From assembly GCA_030704615.1 (NCBI GenBank), contig CM060734.1, positions 49,042,001 to 49,106,000 of the forward strand: a stretch of DNA of 64,000 bases, in the 5' to 3' direction. This stretch comes from Takakia lepidozioides (lineage: Eukaryota; Plantae; Bryophyta). The position numbers were made by a program, and so were the translations under genes. Within the stretch, counting starts at the first letter, position 1. Every line of letters starts with the position of its first letter. The notes below the pieces were generated by a model that saw only the letters and a program-made list of their open reading frames with translations, was not told where the DNA came from and did not search any database. Of this stretch, positions 41,152-53,778 are shown piece after piece.

Positions 41152-41309
41152 TCCTTGTCCTTAATTCCAACAACGCGATTGATAACAATGGCGAGGTGCC
41201 CTCCTTCCAAAGAGTACAGAATGTTCAGGGCACCATACAATCCTAACCCTCCTGTTAGAGCCAACCGTGCCAGAGCCCACATCCGGCATTTTGTTATGAT
41301 CCCTGTCAT
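41152..41309 (-). pseudogene. Prohibitin (PHB1/2/6-type) first-exon fragment
   Basis: GGLGLYGALNILYSLEGGHLAIVINRVVGIKDK resembles GGLGLYG...LYNVEGGHRAIMFNRLVGIKDK. A telo-box (AAACCCTAACCCTAA on the - strand) lies upstream at 41361-41375. No downstream exons. Confidence 0.75.
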
Positions 41310-42994
41310 TTGAGAAGTTCGTCCGAGCAGAGGAGGGGGGAAGGAGTTGGCAATGACAATTTAGGGTTAGGGTTTCCCTTCAGCTCTCTCCATGCCTGGT
41401 ACAAGGACACCTGCAGCTATTCTTCACATGGTGACATTCTAAAATGTAATTTTTAGTGAAAGATTATCGTGAGCAACGAGAGAAAGGGCTTTGATCGAGA
41501 AGCTGGCCACACGGGGACCTAGAAGATTTCCCGCTTCCTGATCTTCCTCTTCGCCCAAACCCACAGCAGGCTTCGTACGATATCAGTGTTTTTCCCCTCT
41601 TTTCGTTTCTTCTTCCTGGGTCAATCTCCTGTGAGTTATGGGTCACTCTGTATCGCTCTAGCTTTCTTTGAATAATTGTCTGTTAATCTCCAACTTCGCT
41701 TTGTCGCTCTGCATCGGAGATTGCTATTTGTTCAATGCGCCAAACAGAGAGTCTTTCATGTTCCTGCGTAGGCTTTCCAACAGACCCACAGGGTTAAATG
41801 AAATCTCCGGTTAAAAAGTTTGTCCCATATGTGCTGCTGAAGAACTTTGTGCGATTGTCGCAATGAAGGAGCCTATCATCTTCTTCCCCATGCGGATTCC
41901 GACATTGGTCGGGTTGGGTGCACTTCTTCATTTGTCTGTCGAGTGGGATGCGAGAGTTGTGGTTGCAGCGATAATTCGTGCACCGGAAGGCCCTCACATC
42001 AACAGTATTAATCTACTTCTACCTCCTCGCACAGCTCACGCTGTTCACTATCACCTTCAAGGCTACACTGGTTGCTTCACCTGGTTTGTGTCTTTCTCTG
42101 AGCGCCCTCCACCCCCCACACCACTATCCGTCTCCCACTCCCACTTTGCATTTCATTATGTCGAACTCTCTTGGTCTTCCTTTCGCTCCTCTCTCATTCT
42201 CTGGCACCTGTGCTGCTTCTCTCTCCAAAGACAGTTACAATAGGATTATGAGATTTGAAGATGATTGGAGAAGAAAGCCTGACCATGGAGACTATTTCAT
42301 CCTCGAAATTATTGCTGGCAGTTGTAGAGAGTTGTAAGATGTTGCACTTCTTTTGGAAGGATCCCACGACCGTCTATTTGCGTGGATGGCACTCGAATTT
42401 GAATAAGGTGGATCTGTCAATCTTTGATTCGCAGAGCTCCCTCTACGGCCGGGCCTGGTCGCAGTGTGCAGAACACTTGAGGGTTTAGGGTTTAGGCTCG
42501 CATGCCGACTGGAGATGTCTGCGCAAAGGCTACCTGTAACTGGACCCCTTAGAAATTGACTATGTCCGATGTGGTCTATACGTTTTGGCTTTTCTACTCC
42601 ATGAATGGATCAGGTCCATTTTCACACCAAACCAACTGATTGATGGGGTATCATGAAAGTGGCTCAGATCGACTATCCAGTTGCAAGACTAATGCTGAGG
42701 AATTTGACATGGCATAGAGAGAGAGAGACATTGTGGTTCCCTGCAAACATATGCAATGGTGTACCCTTATAAACTTTGTTCCCTTTGCAGACTAACCCTC
42801 TGGAGCAAGTTGTCGGTTTCAGCCCTCCAGGGTATGTCAGATTAACCCCAAAACTGCCAAAGCACTTGCAGCTGACAAAAATCCCGTCACAGGAATTGAG
42901 TCTTGGCTGTGTGCTTAACTGACATCATTCTGAATGGCATGAAGTTGATTCCAACATTCGTGCTCTCTCTCTGGGTTAAACAAATGTGTTAATT

Positions 42995-43262
42995 GAGAGA
43001 ATGTACTCATGAGACATTGTTTGCCATAGCCTTGTGGCCATAGACCCCCTGCCCAGTTTGGGTGGAACAAGAGGGAACAGACACTATCTCTCACTCCAGT
43101 GGGACTTGTCTTGGTATAAACATTTGGTTTGGGCTTTCCGGATTTCCTCAAGAAAGCCCTTCAGACAAGCATCAATCTGCTGTGTACGAGATGCCCGGCA
43201 ATTAGGCCCCAACAGGGCCAGGACTTTAGGCCCAGCCTCGAAATTTTGGAAGTTGGTGAGCA
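42995..43262 (-). mobile_element. Truncated copy of the RTEX-like LINE 3' end
   Basis: NFQNFEAGPKVLALLGPN...TQQID resembles NFESLEAEPKAQALLRPS...TQQID of the 24160 copy. Shares the terminus GGCAAACAAYGTCTYATGAGTACATTCTC. Confidence 0.8.
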
Positions 43263-43567
43263 TCCGAGTCCCGGGAGTCCTCAGAGTCCTCAGACTACCT
43301 GTCCTTGGACTCATCATCCTGACTATGAGATCGGGAGCCCTCGGTCTCAATCTGCAACTTATCTACCGCCTGAGCCTCTGAGTCCTCCGCCTCATTGTCC
43401 TCGGTCTAAAGCTCAGGAGTCAACCATGAGTCTACCTCAACCGTGCTCCTTGGTGTAGTTGAACTCTATCGTGGAGGGCACCCTCCCAAACTCTCGTTGC
43501 TACACATGACATACAGTTCAAATGAGTGAGTGCCAGAAAAAGAGAGAGGGAGAGAGAGGGAGAGAAA

Positions 43568-43666
43568 GAGAATGTACTCATAAGACGTTGTTTGCCATAG
43601 CCTTGTGGCCATTGACCCCGCGCTCAGTTTGAGCGGAACACAAAGGGACAGAAACTGCCTTTGTCA
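43568..43666 (-). mobile_element. ~100-bp 3'-end copy of the same LINE, abutting a CT-rich tract
   Basis: The reverse complement matches 25081-25180 (CGCGGGGTCAATGGCCA...GTCTTATGAGTACA). Confidence 0.8.
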
Positions 43667-44349
43667 GGGGGGGGGGGGGAGAGAGAGAGAGAGATTCGTC
43701 TTCAGGGACAATGGCATCTATTGCCACATAAATATGTGACAAAGTACTTAGTCACCAGAGCAGGTAGGGTCAGATCTTGATTATTATTCTAGTCCTTGTG
43801 CTTCCATTGATCTTTTGTATGCGCTTGCTTGATCTCACTCGGCCAGGTGGACACCCTCGGGGCAGTGACCCCTCCCTTCAAAAGAGCCTGTAGTCAATGG
43901 ACAGCCCATCGGCACTCCTATCAGGCCCCTCAACATAGGCAACGGGCATTTGGCTCTCCTAAAACTCCGGATGTGTTGTAGATTACTCCACCACCAACCA
44001 AGACTTTTGGCAGTCGAACCCCCCCACAGCCATTCACAGATTATGTGAGCAAAAACACTAGAACACACTCCCTATTACAGTAGGGAGGGGTATAGGTGAT
44101 ACGACCCTTCACGCACATATTGAAGCATCATCATCCTTTTCTTGCTGAGAATTGTGTTTGCTGTGTAGGAGATGTCCATTTGGGAAATGTTTTATGTTAT
44201 TTGTTTTCAATTAAAACATCGGCTTTGGCTTCATAGACTATGTGGAGAGGTTTCACACTGATAAAAGACAGAAAAGCGACCAGGCCCTAGCATTTGATTG
44301 TCGTGAAGACTTCATTAGTACTATGCCAAGAACTATGGTAAGGCATCAT

Positions 44350-44960
44350 GCAGATTAGCCAACACAGCCAATTACCACCACCACCTCAGCCACCAAGCAG
44401 CCCAAATGGACACATACCGCCGAATAGATTCTATCAGAGTACAAATCCAGACATCTTGTACCTATACAAACTCCTACATATCCAAGTTGGTCGTCTCCAC
44501 ACGTCTGCTACATGTCATCTCAAATCAGTTTTGGACACCTGTTGTAGTCACTAATGCTCAAATTAGACAAATGTTCCACTTCCGATATGGGCAATGCTAT
44601 GTGGGTGACCGAAGACGGAATGTTTTGGCCTCTACTATATCCTAACAAACATTGCACGCTACATTATGCCCAGCCTCCTCGGGTAGACACATGGCCGCAT
44701 CATCTTCTCCAATGTAAGCACCCCATTATTCATGGACTTCACCTCACTAGACATAACCGGGGAGTTTGGCAGCTTCTACTGTCGTACCCTAAATCCAAAT
44801 GGTTCAATCTCATTAATCGGGCACGTAAGGCCGCCGGACCACACGATACCCCTATGGTTGCTACCATGCACCTGCATTGACTCTCCATGCCACTATCTAG
44901 CAAGACTATGCCCTTATGTTTACTTGTCCAAGGACTCCTCATCCCATCGCCTATAGCAAG
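44350..44960 (+). mobile_element. Degenerate C-terminal fragment of a different non-LTR retrotransposon (zinc finger + RHN motif, restriction-like endonuclease type)
   Basis: QIRQMFHFRYGQ and DTWPHHLLQCKHPIIHGLHLTRHNRGVWQL, across frameshifts. Confidence 0.5.
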
Positions 44961-45689
44961 TGGCCCACTCCAATCGGGGGATGCTAAAACGTGAGCTTGG
45001 GAGATTGTTGCTCATGCTCTCGAGAATGCGAGTCGACCAAAAGGCCTATTACCGCGGACACAAAAACCTATAAAGCATCTATTTCCGCCCCCAATGCATG
45101 GCTCGTAGTAGGATGACGAAGAACTTCACATAGCAACAATGAAATTTCGAATTACGTCAAGTCACCTGTAATGTGAATATTTCATCCATGCATATGAATG
45201 AATGGAATCCCTCGGTGAATAGTTTTATGTATGGGTGAGTCTCCCAACCATCAGCCGGGAAATATTCTTTCCCCAAGGAAGGCAATGACTTGTATTAGCT
45301 GATAGGACACAATATAGTGGTAGTGAATTCGTTCATTCAATGTAATCATATCGAGAGTAGTTTGAGTAGCAATATGTTAATGGTATAAGAATTCTAATAT
45401 TTACCTTAAATAAGTACCAACCCACGTTAACAAATGTATTTTCGCTAGCAGAAGGAATAGAGCTTAATATGGTGGAGGAGCGCAATAGAGCTTAATATGG
45501 CGGTCATAGTTCAGTTTGACAAGGAAACACAGCAAAGCGGTGCTCTTAGCCAACAAGAACAACCACCCCCAATGTGCAGGTCAAGGCAACAATGAAGCTC
45601 CGACGAAGCCCAATAATGATTTGAAAGGGGCTCAAATGCAAATGTCCACTCATTCATTTTCAAGCCAATAACAAATGGAATTTGACATG

Positions 45690-45740
45690 TTAAACGTATT
45701 TGTGGAGGTAAAGACCATGCTAAGAAAGATTGTCCATAAA
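45690..45740 (+). mobile_element. Remnant gag-type zinc knuckle
   Basis: CGGKDHAKKDCP (CX4HX4C part of a CCHC knuckle) in stop-riddled sequence. Confidence 0.3.
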
Positions 45741-46769
45741 GAGGCAGGGACCAATATAGATGCAGCCTACACAGTTGCAGTGTGGTCATTATAGCAAATT
45801 ATATGTGCATGAAAGGACCCATTGTTATGACTTGCATCTTGAGATCAAATTACACCAAGAGACATCCTTATAAGGCAATGGAAAGCTTATGCTGAAACTC
45901 CCGCTAATCATAATTTAATCTTTATGCTTAAGATTAACTTGTGCTACATCATTATGTTCTATAATCTTCATATATTTCTCCTCTTTCATAGGTGCCTCCC
46001 TACTCCATTAGCCCCACATGGTCTAACTTGCATATGTGGTAGAATAACCACCCTACCTCACGACTATTGCATTTCATGCCACAATCACAACACCCAAGTT
46101 GCACGACATGCTCACGCACTACCCAACCATTCCTCGTTGTGGTGGATTAATAACAATCTTTCTTCGCATTTTGAGGGTGAAATCAAAAGATGATGTATAT
46201 ACAAGAGGACATTATTTGAAAACGGATTGAGTGATGTTTTCATGGTAATCCCTCCAAAATGCTTGACTATATATAGGCAGATGTCATCGTCAGTTGTAAC
46301 TCTTTAGTCAGGATTACTATAATTTAGAGTTACACTCCAATTGTCCAAATCACAAAATTGTAAATTTTCTGGGGTATTAAGTTCATAATCTGGTTGCATG
46401 ACTATCATGGTCTCATGTTTTCAAGGTTTGGTTCATTATTGATACCCAATATAATGTTGCAGCTCTAGTTGGTAGTTGAGTTGATTAATGCACTTAGTGC
46501 CATCTAGAATGATTCTAGGTTTAAATTGTGCTAATTGTTGGGTGTGGTATGATCTTCTCCCCCTTCCCTTGGGCAATGTTCCATGAGCCTGCGAGAATAT
46601 TTTCCCCTCCCACTATATTAAGGAGCCTGATTTTGAGGGGTCGTATTTCATTTTATTCAAATAAAAATGGGTTTGGGGTGGTTATCCCTTTTATAAGCCT
46701 TCATGGCCTGCGGTGGTTATTTTTCCACATCCTTTTAATGCAATTCGGGATTTGTTCATTTCCTTAGGG

Positions 46770-46805
<36 letters not shown>

Positions 46806-46859
46806 TATATGTATCAAAGACTACCTCTCACAACATGAATCCTACATGCCTTGGGTGTG

Positions 46860-48318
46860 TCATTTCCATAGCTTGTAATGCTCAAACCACATGTGGTTGC
46901 AGAATTGCTGGGTGTTATTTTCCATCATGAGGCCCAGCTCGAACTCCTCATTAACATCTTTCCAGCACTCATCCCAAGTATCGGTGATCTCAGGAGACAC
47001 TAATGTGCTTTTCCCATTTGTATCCGTCAGTGACACATAAAAAACTTGTGCACCAAGTCTGTATCCATGCACGAAATCAGTTTCCAATTTTGTAATGTCA
47101 TGGGAAAGTGGAGGACGCACAACAAGCATAGATATCATCCGGCATAGTGGGATGTGCGCCCTCCAGACACTTTTCACTTTAGTTTATCAGAAAGTGAGTG
47201 GAATGCACATTGTCTGCAATGCAAGAAGTCTATGTTTTCAAAGGAATGCGATTGACATTAATGACAACCACTTCTACCATGACTTAATGACAACCACTTT
47301 CTGCAGAAAACAAGAAACACAGTGTTGGAAAGGAAATCAGAGAGACTCCATTGTGATGGTCGTTAAAAACAATCATTATTTCTTGTCTCTTTGGAATGTA
47401 CTTTGCAACTGTTTTTAGACATGAAGCTACAGTATGGTCTCAAGAAAAGTGATTGGCGGTACCGCCATTCCTCTTCCCTAGTCTGTGCAACCTGAAACAA
47501 AAAAAATGCAATGCAAAAAAATATGACTAAATAGTGATGGTCGGTGCCGACCATCACTCTCTCTCCACGCATGCAGATACAGGAAGCTCACGAGGAGAAT
47601 CGAATGGCGTTAACGACACTCACACTACACTACAATGGAAAACATTGCGTTTGGTGCAAATCAATACTAGATCATAGTTATTGTCGGCACCGACACTCAC
47701 TTTCTTTTGTGTCAGAATGTGAGTTTTGAAATGAAAGAGAATGACGTTGCCGACAATCACAGGTTCCTGCTACAGAAAGAAAGAGAAATAGTGCTGGAAA
47801 GGCAATCAGAATTACTCTATGATCTGAAAAACAGTGAATGGCGGTGCCGCCAGTCACAAACAACTGGTATGGAAAACCTGAAACAGAGGAATGCAAAGCA
47901 AATCAACATGACTTCATAGTGATGGTTGGTACCGACCATCACTTTCTAGGACATTTCACTCACTTACTTCATACATCTGTAAACAGGAAAATGAAGGGTG
48001 GAAAACACTTACTGGCGCCTTCTTCGGTTTTGAGTTTGGATCCCCTTCTGCAGCTTTCCTCTTCCCCTTCACATCTGTCGGAATTCCTGTCTGGTCTAGG
48101 ATTTGTAGACCTTCTCCCGGTTCTGCGTTCCCCGGACTTCCACCTCCTTCAGTTTCCTTGCGAGTCATCTCTGCTTCCATAGTCTGGTTTTCAACGCTCA
48201 CTGTTCCCCCTAGTTGTGTGACAATTGCAGCCTCATTCTCGGTCTGCTCTTGTGTTGCAGTCTCCGCGTTCACCTGCTGCCGTGGCCCTGTGTTCTCCAT
48301 CAAACCACACCTCGTCAT
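46860..48318 (-). pseudogene. ParB-like gene A, 3'-truncated: basic/acidic first exon (48318-48013) and ParB-like exon (47177-46860)
   Basis: IPLCRMISMLVVRPPLSHDITKLETDFVHGY...FYVSL...WDECWKDVNEEFE aligns with IPLCKLISMPFIRPALTNDIAKLEQDFCHGY...FYVLL...WDPIWRRINEEFE of gene B. It breaks off before the DGNHR motif. Confidence 0.75.
47248..47942. repeat. Array A: nine 24-bp imperfect palindromes, consensus ~GTGA(T/A)(G/T)G(T/G)CGGT(A/G)CCG(A/C)CA.TCAC
   Basis: Copies start at 47248, 47353, 47449, 47534, 47600, 47677, 47737, 47834 and 47919. Best copy: AGTGATGGTCGGTGCCGACCATCACT (47533-47558). Confidence 0.85.
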
Positions 48319-49360
48319 TTGCTCTCTTGTTCTGAGTCTCTCTCTAAGGGAAGTAAAATAAAGTGACTTCCTTCTCTTTCGTATTGTAGAAATAACCCTC
48401 TCCAGCTTGACTACCTCTCTCTCTCTCTAAGTGCGGAAACAAGAAAGACAAAGTGACTCTTGATTTCTTGCGGAGTTGCGTGCGTTAGGGATTGTCTCTA
48501 GAAACATCAGATTCCCTCTGGTGTGACCGTTACACAAATGTCATTCCCTTATTAGTGCACCTGCCAGCCATTACTGGACAGTTGTTCATCTGCAATGTAG
48601 TTTTTGAAGTCTGATGTGTGTCGCCCAAAATGAACGGCGTGTCGTTTATTTGAAGGGTCTCAATAATTGAATATAACAGCGACAGATATTATAAATGAAT
48701 ATAACATTACAAATAAAAAATTAGTTGGTCTGACTGCTCCTAGAGAATTATCTGGAATATGCTTATGTTGAAACTATGGGGCCATCTAGCGCACAAACTC
48801 GGACAATGCCTATGCCATCAGAACCATGGCACCATGGAATAAAAAATATGGGGCCATCTGGAGCACAAACTCAGAAAAATATATACAAGTAAACGAGTAT
48901 TTGTTGACAAATTTCTGGATATCATACACATTCATCCTTGTAAGCCCACCCCATGTTCGTTTCAAAGTTTGGACTTTCCAGGTGCGTATGATCAATGATA
49001 CTGTTATTAAGATGCATTTACTTCATTTGCTATCCCACCCTCAGATCCTTTGGCACACTTCTGAGAAGTCGGCTGGTTATTATGTTAATTGATGACGTTT
49101 TCAATAAAGGTTTAACAGCTATCGAAATTGCTCCTAAGGATACTCCGTCTACAGGGCCCACAAAAAAAAAATTAAAATGGACGGCGGCATGTCAGGAAGA
49201 GCTTGCCAGAGGCAAGGAATAACAGAATGTGCACAATCATCGTGTGTACTTCCTCCACGATATTCTGTGCTCAGGCTTCTCCAGTGTTTTGGAGACCTCA
49301 GTCAACAGATTTCACTGAAGAGCTGCGATAGCAAGGGATCATCGTACGACAGGAGGCAAG

Positions 49361-52300
49361 ATGGCTTCCTCTGAAGCGGAGTTCTTCTTTGACGAGAAAC
49401 CAGTGTCGTTCTCCAAGGAAGCCCTTGCCGATGGGTTTGCTGTTGTTCTCGAACATGTCTTGGCGACCCGCTTTGAACTACAAAATGGGACAATTTTCTT
49501 GGAGAGAGAAATTTACGGTTCAGACGGGAAGTTGTTAAAATACCCTTCCAGAACCGTGATGAGACAGATATGGTCAGACAGTGGAGAGTCCGCCCTGGAA
49601 GATACAAGGTCCTTGGGGAGCCTCGACAAAGTCCCTTGGATCATATGTCACTCCAGGGACAGCTGCTTCTGTGGTTCAAGACAAAAGGGACTTTGTAGTG
49701 AAAAGAGAGGAAACATCCTCCACTCCCATCGTTGAGCTTTCGGATTCATCAGATGAAGAAATCACTGAAATCACTACTGACGTGCATCCTCTTGTAGTTG
49801 CGCAAGACGATGTTCAGGAAATCTCCAGTGTGATGCCCGGTTTCAAAAGTGAGTTGCGGGGAATTCGTTGGGACACTTTCAATATTGTTCCTATGAAATA
49901 TCTTCTAGAGACGTTTGATGGGGATATCCTTTTCGAGCTCCCTCCTCCTCCTCATATTGGAGGTATCTCAAGCCTGATGCATGGTATGGACAAGAGACAC
50001 GATGGACACCCATGGTGTAGGACGAAAACGTCAAATATTCAAAATCATGACAAACTCATCTTCATGAGAACAGTTTGCAATGGGCACCTCAGTGCGAAAA
50101 TTTCAATTGCAGGCACTTCCTTCAATCAGGGGTTCACAACCAGAGCGAGCGGGAGGGTATCGCTGAAAATCCATTTAAGCCGGGGGCGGCTCCTTTGCAG
50201 ACAGACACTTTCGTTTGCAAATTTTGTAAGCTTGTTCCATCCTGCCTGGCGGTGTGTGGTGCAAGAATGTACTACGTGGTGCACCGTTTGAAAACTGTGA
50301 CTCGAGCTTATGTGCATTTCGGTTTCATAACCATCCAGTCTCAAAGGGCGATTACAGGGAAAGTCTTGAGACAGTGTCGAGGTTGATTAAACAAGAGTAC
50401 GAGAGCAACCCATCCGCGACCACATCTGCAATTGCTCTTGCCGCAAGCAAGAGCTTCTTGGATAGCCATATTTTTTGTGCAGTGGATTTTGTCGGAAGTA
50501 AACTTGATGGACCAACATTGAACATTGTCATGGATCATTTCTCAACATTGAGTTCACCCAACATTCGCCATCAGGTGAATGCATTGAGAATGCGCTCTGG
50601 AAATAGAGGCTACATTGACAACATTATGGGATTGAAAAGAATAAGCAAGTACGACTACATACAGGACAATGTGTTTCCAAGGCAAGGAGCGACAAAAGTA
50701 TATCTTTTCAAAATGTCCACAACCGGGGAGGGCAGCGGGGTGAGCCTCGTCAGGCGGATGCAGAAGAGTGGTGACATTGAGAAATGTTTTCTTATGTTTG
50801 ATCACGTCAAACGGGTGAAAGATTGGACGACTATGGCTTGTCATGTGTACGATCCCATATACCAACGAGTTATGACAATTGCAGTTTTGTGGGTAAAAGA
50901 CGTGTGTCGGCAGGATTTTCAGACAAGGGATACGGTCGGAATAGGCATGTCGGCTCGACAGGAGAGATGAATGAAGTAATGGATGAAGTGGGGATGTGCA
51001 ACAATCATCCAACATAATTCATTAAAATGATGCCACGGATGAATGGATGGGGGTAGTGGAAATTTCATTCATTGAGTTTTAAGGGAAATGACAAAGTGGG
51101 GGCACTGAATGGATGAATTGTCATACTTCATCCACGGAGTTATAGCTGCTTGCTGGATGAATTAAGGGTAGGTTAGAAGTGATTTTGTCTTATGTTGGCT
51201 AGATGAGAGGGGGATAACACCCGCAGGCTAGCCAAATCAGTTTTTAGTAAGGGATCACATGGCACCATGGGATGCATTAAGGGCTGCCAGCTGACTTCCC
51301 GGAGGAGGGGAGGTGGTTGGGTAGGATTTAGGCTGGGATGGTGAGAGAGATAGTTTTTTTTTATCATGGAGCTTTTGGGAGCGTGAGGTCTCTTGGAGAT
51401 ATGGATGCAACGTGATATGGAGCAAAGTGGAGTGAGCATTTGTGATCAGATTCAGTTGGTACTTGGAACTAGTGTGGAATGATGAGTGTGTTCAACCATA
51501 GAATATAATCAAAATTTAGCAATGCATGAAAGATATAACTCTTGCTTGTTTGATGGCTGGAATGATTGCATAGTGCAGAACCAGAGTTAGACATGGCAAT
51601 GACAACCAAGATCTTGAGAGCACTTAGTCAGCCTGAAGGTTAGTCCAGGCAATATCCAAGTGCATAACAGAAAACTAGAGTAAGTCAGTTGAGCCATATA
51701 GATAGTGAGGGATCAGATTGTTGTAGTGCCACTGCACCCTATAGGAGGATAATAGTTCTTCCAAACTAAGTTATGTGGGATAGCACACATAAAACAAGAG
51801 TGCTAGAGTAGAGATATCCTAAGGAGAAGGATGTTGTCTTCTCTTCTGCTGCAGCAACATTCTATCCAACGGGTGTCAAAGGGTAAGACAAGATAGAGTG
51901 AACCTTTAGGTAGACCCTTCTTTTTGCACCAAATTTTGTTGGTTTCATGGCAGATAGTGCACAGGCGAATTTCAATGCTGTGCGGATTATCTTCGGATCG
52001 GGGGACCCAAAGGTGCCAATGGAGGGAAGAGATCGTACATGTCTGTTCCATTGGACCCAATCTCTGGAGAAACATACAAAAGCGGATATCAAACTTGAGA
52101 TGCAGGCACAACATCGTAAGTTGTGCAAAGAGTACAAAGATCTCAAATCAATGGCGGAGGCGAATTCATTGTTCCAGATAACTCGTGCCTGGTGGTTCTC
52201 TTCAGGAGCAGCATCGCTTAACAGTATGAGAGCGTTGGAAGATTGGTTGGCGTTTTGGCACTTCCGGTACAGACAGCGGGGAGCATCCATGACAACGGTA

Positions 52301-53778
52301 CGTATCTAGTATTGCATGCATTTTCCATATCTTTCCGGGGTGCAGATTTGCATTTGCTTGGGTGGTGTTGTAACCTCTTTGGTATTCTGAAGTGTGTTTT
52401 CCACTTTGCAGAACATGTCCATTGATAAAATGGCAGACATGTCGTCTTGCAATTTGGCAGAGACAGTGCACAACGCATGGTTGCAACACTCTGGGAAACG
52501 GGGTCGGGATTTGTATGTGGCAACAACAGATGATCTCATACGTGCACTACAACAACAAACCAGATATCGTGTCTTCTTGAGAGGAGGCGTTGGTGGGAAG
52601 GGTCCGAACAAACAAGAGTTGTTGTTGCGTGCTGCAAGCAAATCATGGGATCCAAACAAGATAGCACGGGCGTTGGACATGTGTTCCAAAGGAACGCCTC
52701 TTGTGTCTAGAGTTCCAAATCTGGAAGGGGAGGAGAGATTTGGCTCCTGCAAGAGGAAATTGAACACCCCTCCTCGCATAGGGCAGACCGTGATAACTTC
52801 TCCATGCCTCGTGTCCCTCTGCATGAGAGATATATATCCGGACCATCCCTTCTTGAGGAACTTGCGGCAGGAGGGCAGACTCCAACATATAACAACCCCA
52901 TTGCAATGGTGCAAGAGATAAATTTGCTCCCTGATATTGTGGAGTCCATGTGTCCCGACCACATTTGGCACATAGAGCACACAACTGCAGGGTCTCGTGT
53001 CAAATGTACGGCGATCAGGGCAACCAATTCTGAGAAATGCACTTCTTCCATATCCAGAGGTGGTGCCCGCACTCCAGCTCTAATTTTCACTGGTTTGATG
53101 CGCCCGTATGGGCAGCCAGAAGCCAAGAACCACAAGTTCTGGTTCTGTGCAGACGATTGTGGGAGATGTGTGTATGGAACTGTGCAACCTTCCGTGGTGA
53201 TGAAGCCAAGTCCACCAGCTCTTTGGCCCGTGAAGTTGGGAACAAATCTCACAAATCAAGAGATTGCAATGCTGGAAGAGGCAGGGTTTTCCCTTGCAAG
53301 ACAACCCCGTGTGCGTGCATCTGCTTCCAGTTCTGGGAGTACAAGGGTCCCTCCGGTAGATGCTCATTTGTGGCCAACAAAACGAAATGGAAAACTTGTT
53401 CAGCGTTTCCCTCCAACTGCAGAACACTTTGGCAAGGTGGAGTCCGCTAGAATGCTCCAAGCTCGTGTTTCCAGCACGACGGAGGTGCCCGATCCTGGGT
53501 ATGATCGGGTGTACACAATGATCACCTTGACATCTGCTGTTCATGATAGGGCGTACAACATCACTGTTTCCAATTTCCCCAATTGCACCTGTCCTGGTTT
53601 TGTTGGGATGCTATCAACCAGTTTGGGCAAGAGAGGTAAATTCGTACCCTGCAAACATTTGTACTTCATCTTCGTGAAGAGGATGGTTTGTGATCCCAAA
53701 CATGACAACTTCATTCACCAGGCGACAATGAGTTTCAACGAGATCAATACTCTCTTGCAACGGGATACAAGCACATAG
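49361..53778 (+). mobile_element. Degenerate Mutator (MULE)-type transposase: GCM-like zinc DNA-binding domain, DDE domain and SWIM finger
   Basis: GCM-like region DGHPWCRTKTSN...C..HL.C...C...CKFC...C...HNHP. Catalytic motifs MFDHVKR (D1), FMADSAQANFNAVR (D2), TCLFHWTQS (CxxH) and SCNLAETVH (E). SWIM CTCPGF...CKHLYF. Intron 52298-52411. Frameshifts near 50090, 50330 and 52810. Confidence 0.8.
50888..51931 (+). mobile_element. LTR retrotransposon fragment (3' internal region, PPT and LTR, or a solo LTR) interrupting the transposase
   Basis: Transposase similarity stops at RVMTIAV (50886) and resumes at PNFVGFMAD (51929). The insert begins TG and ends TGCA(CCA). A PPT-like AAAGTGGGGGCAC is directly followed by TG at 51106. 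No target-site duplication. Confidence 0.6.

Noticed and set aside
41361-42496. Interstitial telomere (TTAGGG/TTTAGGG at 41361 and 42481)
   Set aside because: Only about two units each; better explained as telo-boxes or chance.
41720-42500. Protein-coding gene from several overlapping ORFs
   Set aside because: No recognisable motifs, and stops interrupt every frame.
47248-47942. CRISPR array (also considered for 63055-63861)
   Set aside because: Repeats are degenerate, spacer lengths vary widely, some spacers are duplicated, there are no cas genes, and the context is a eukaryotic intron.
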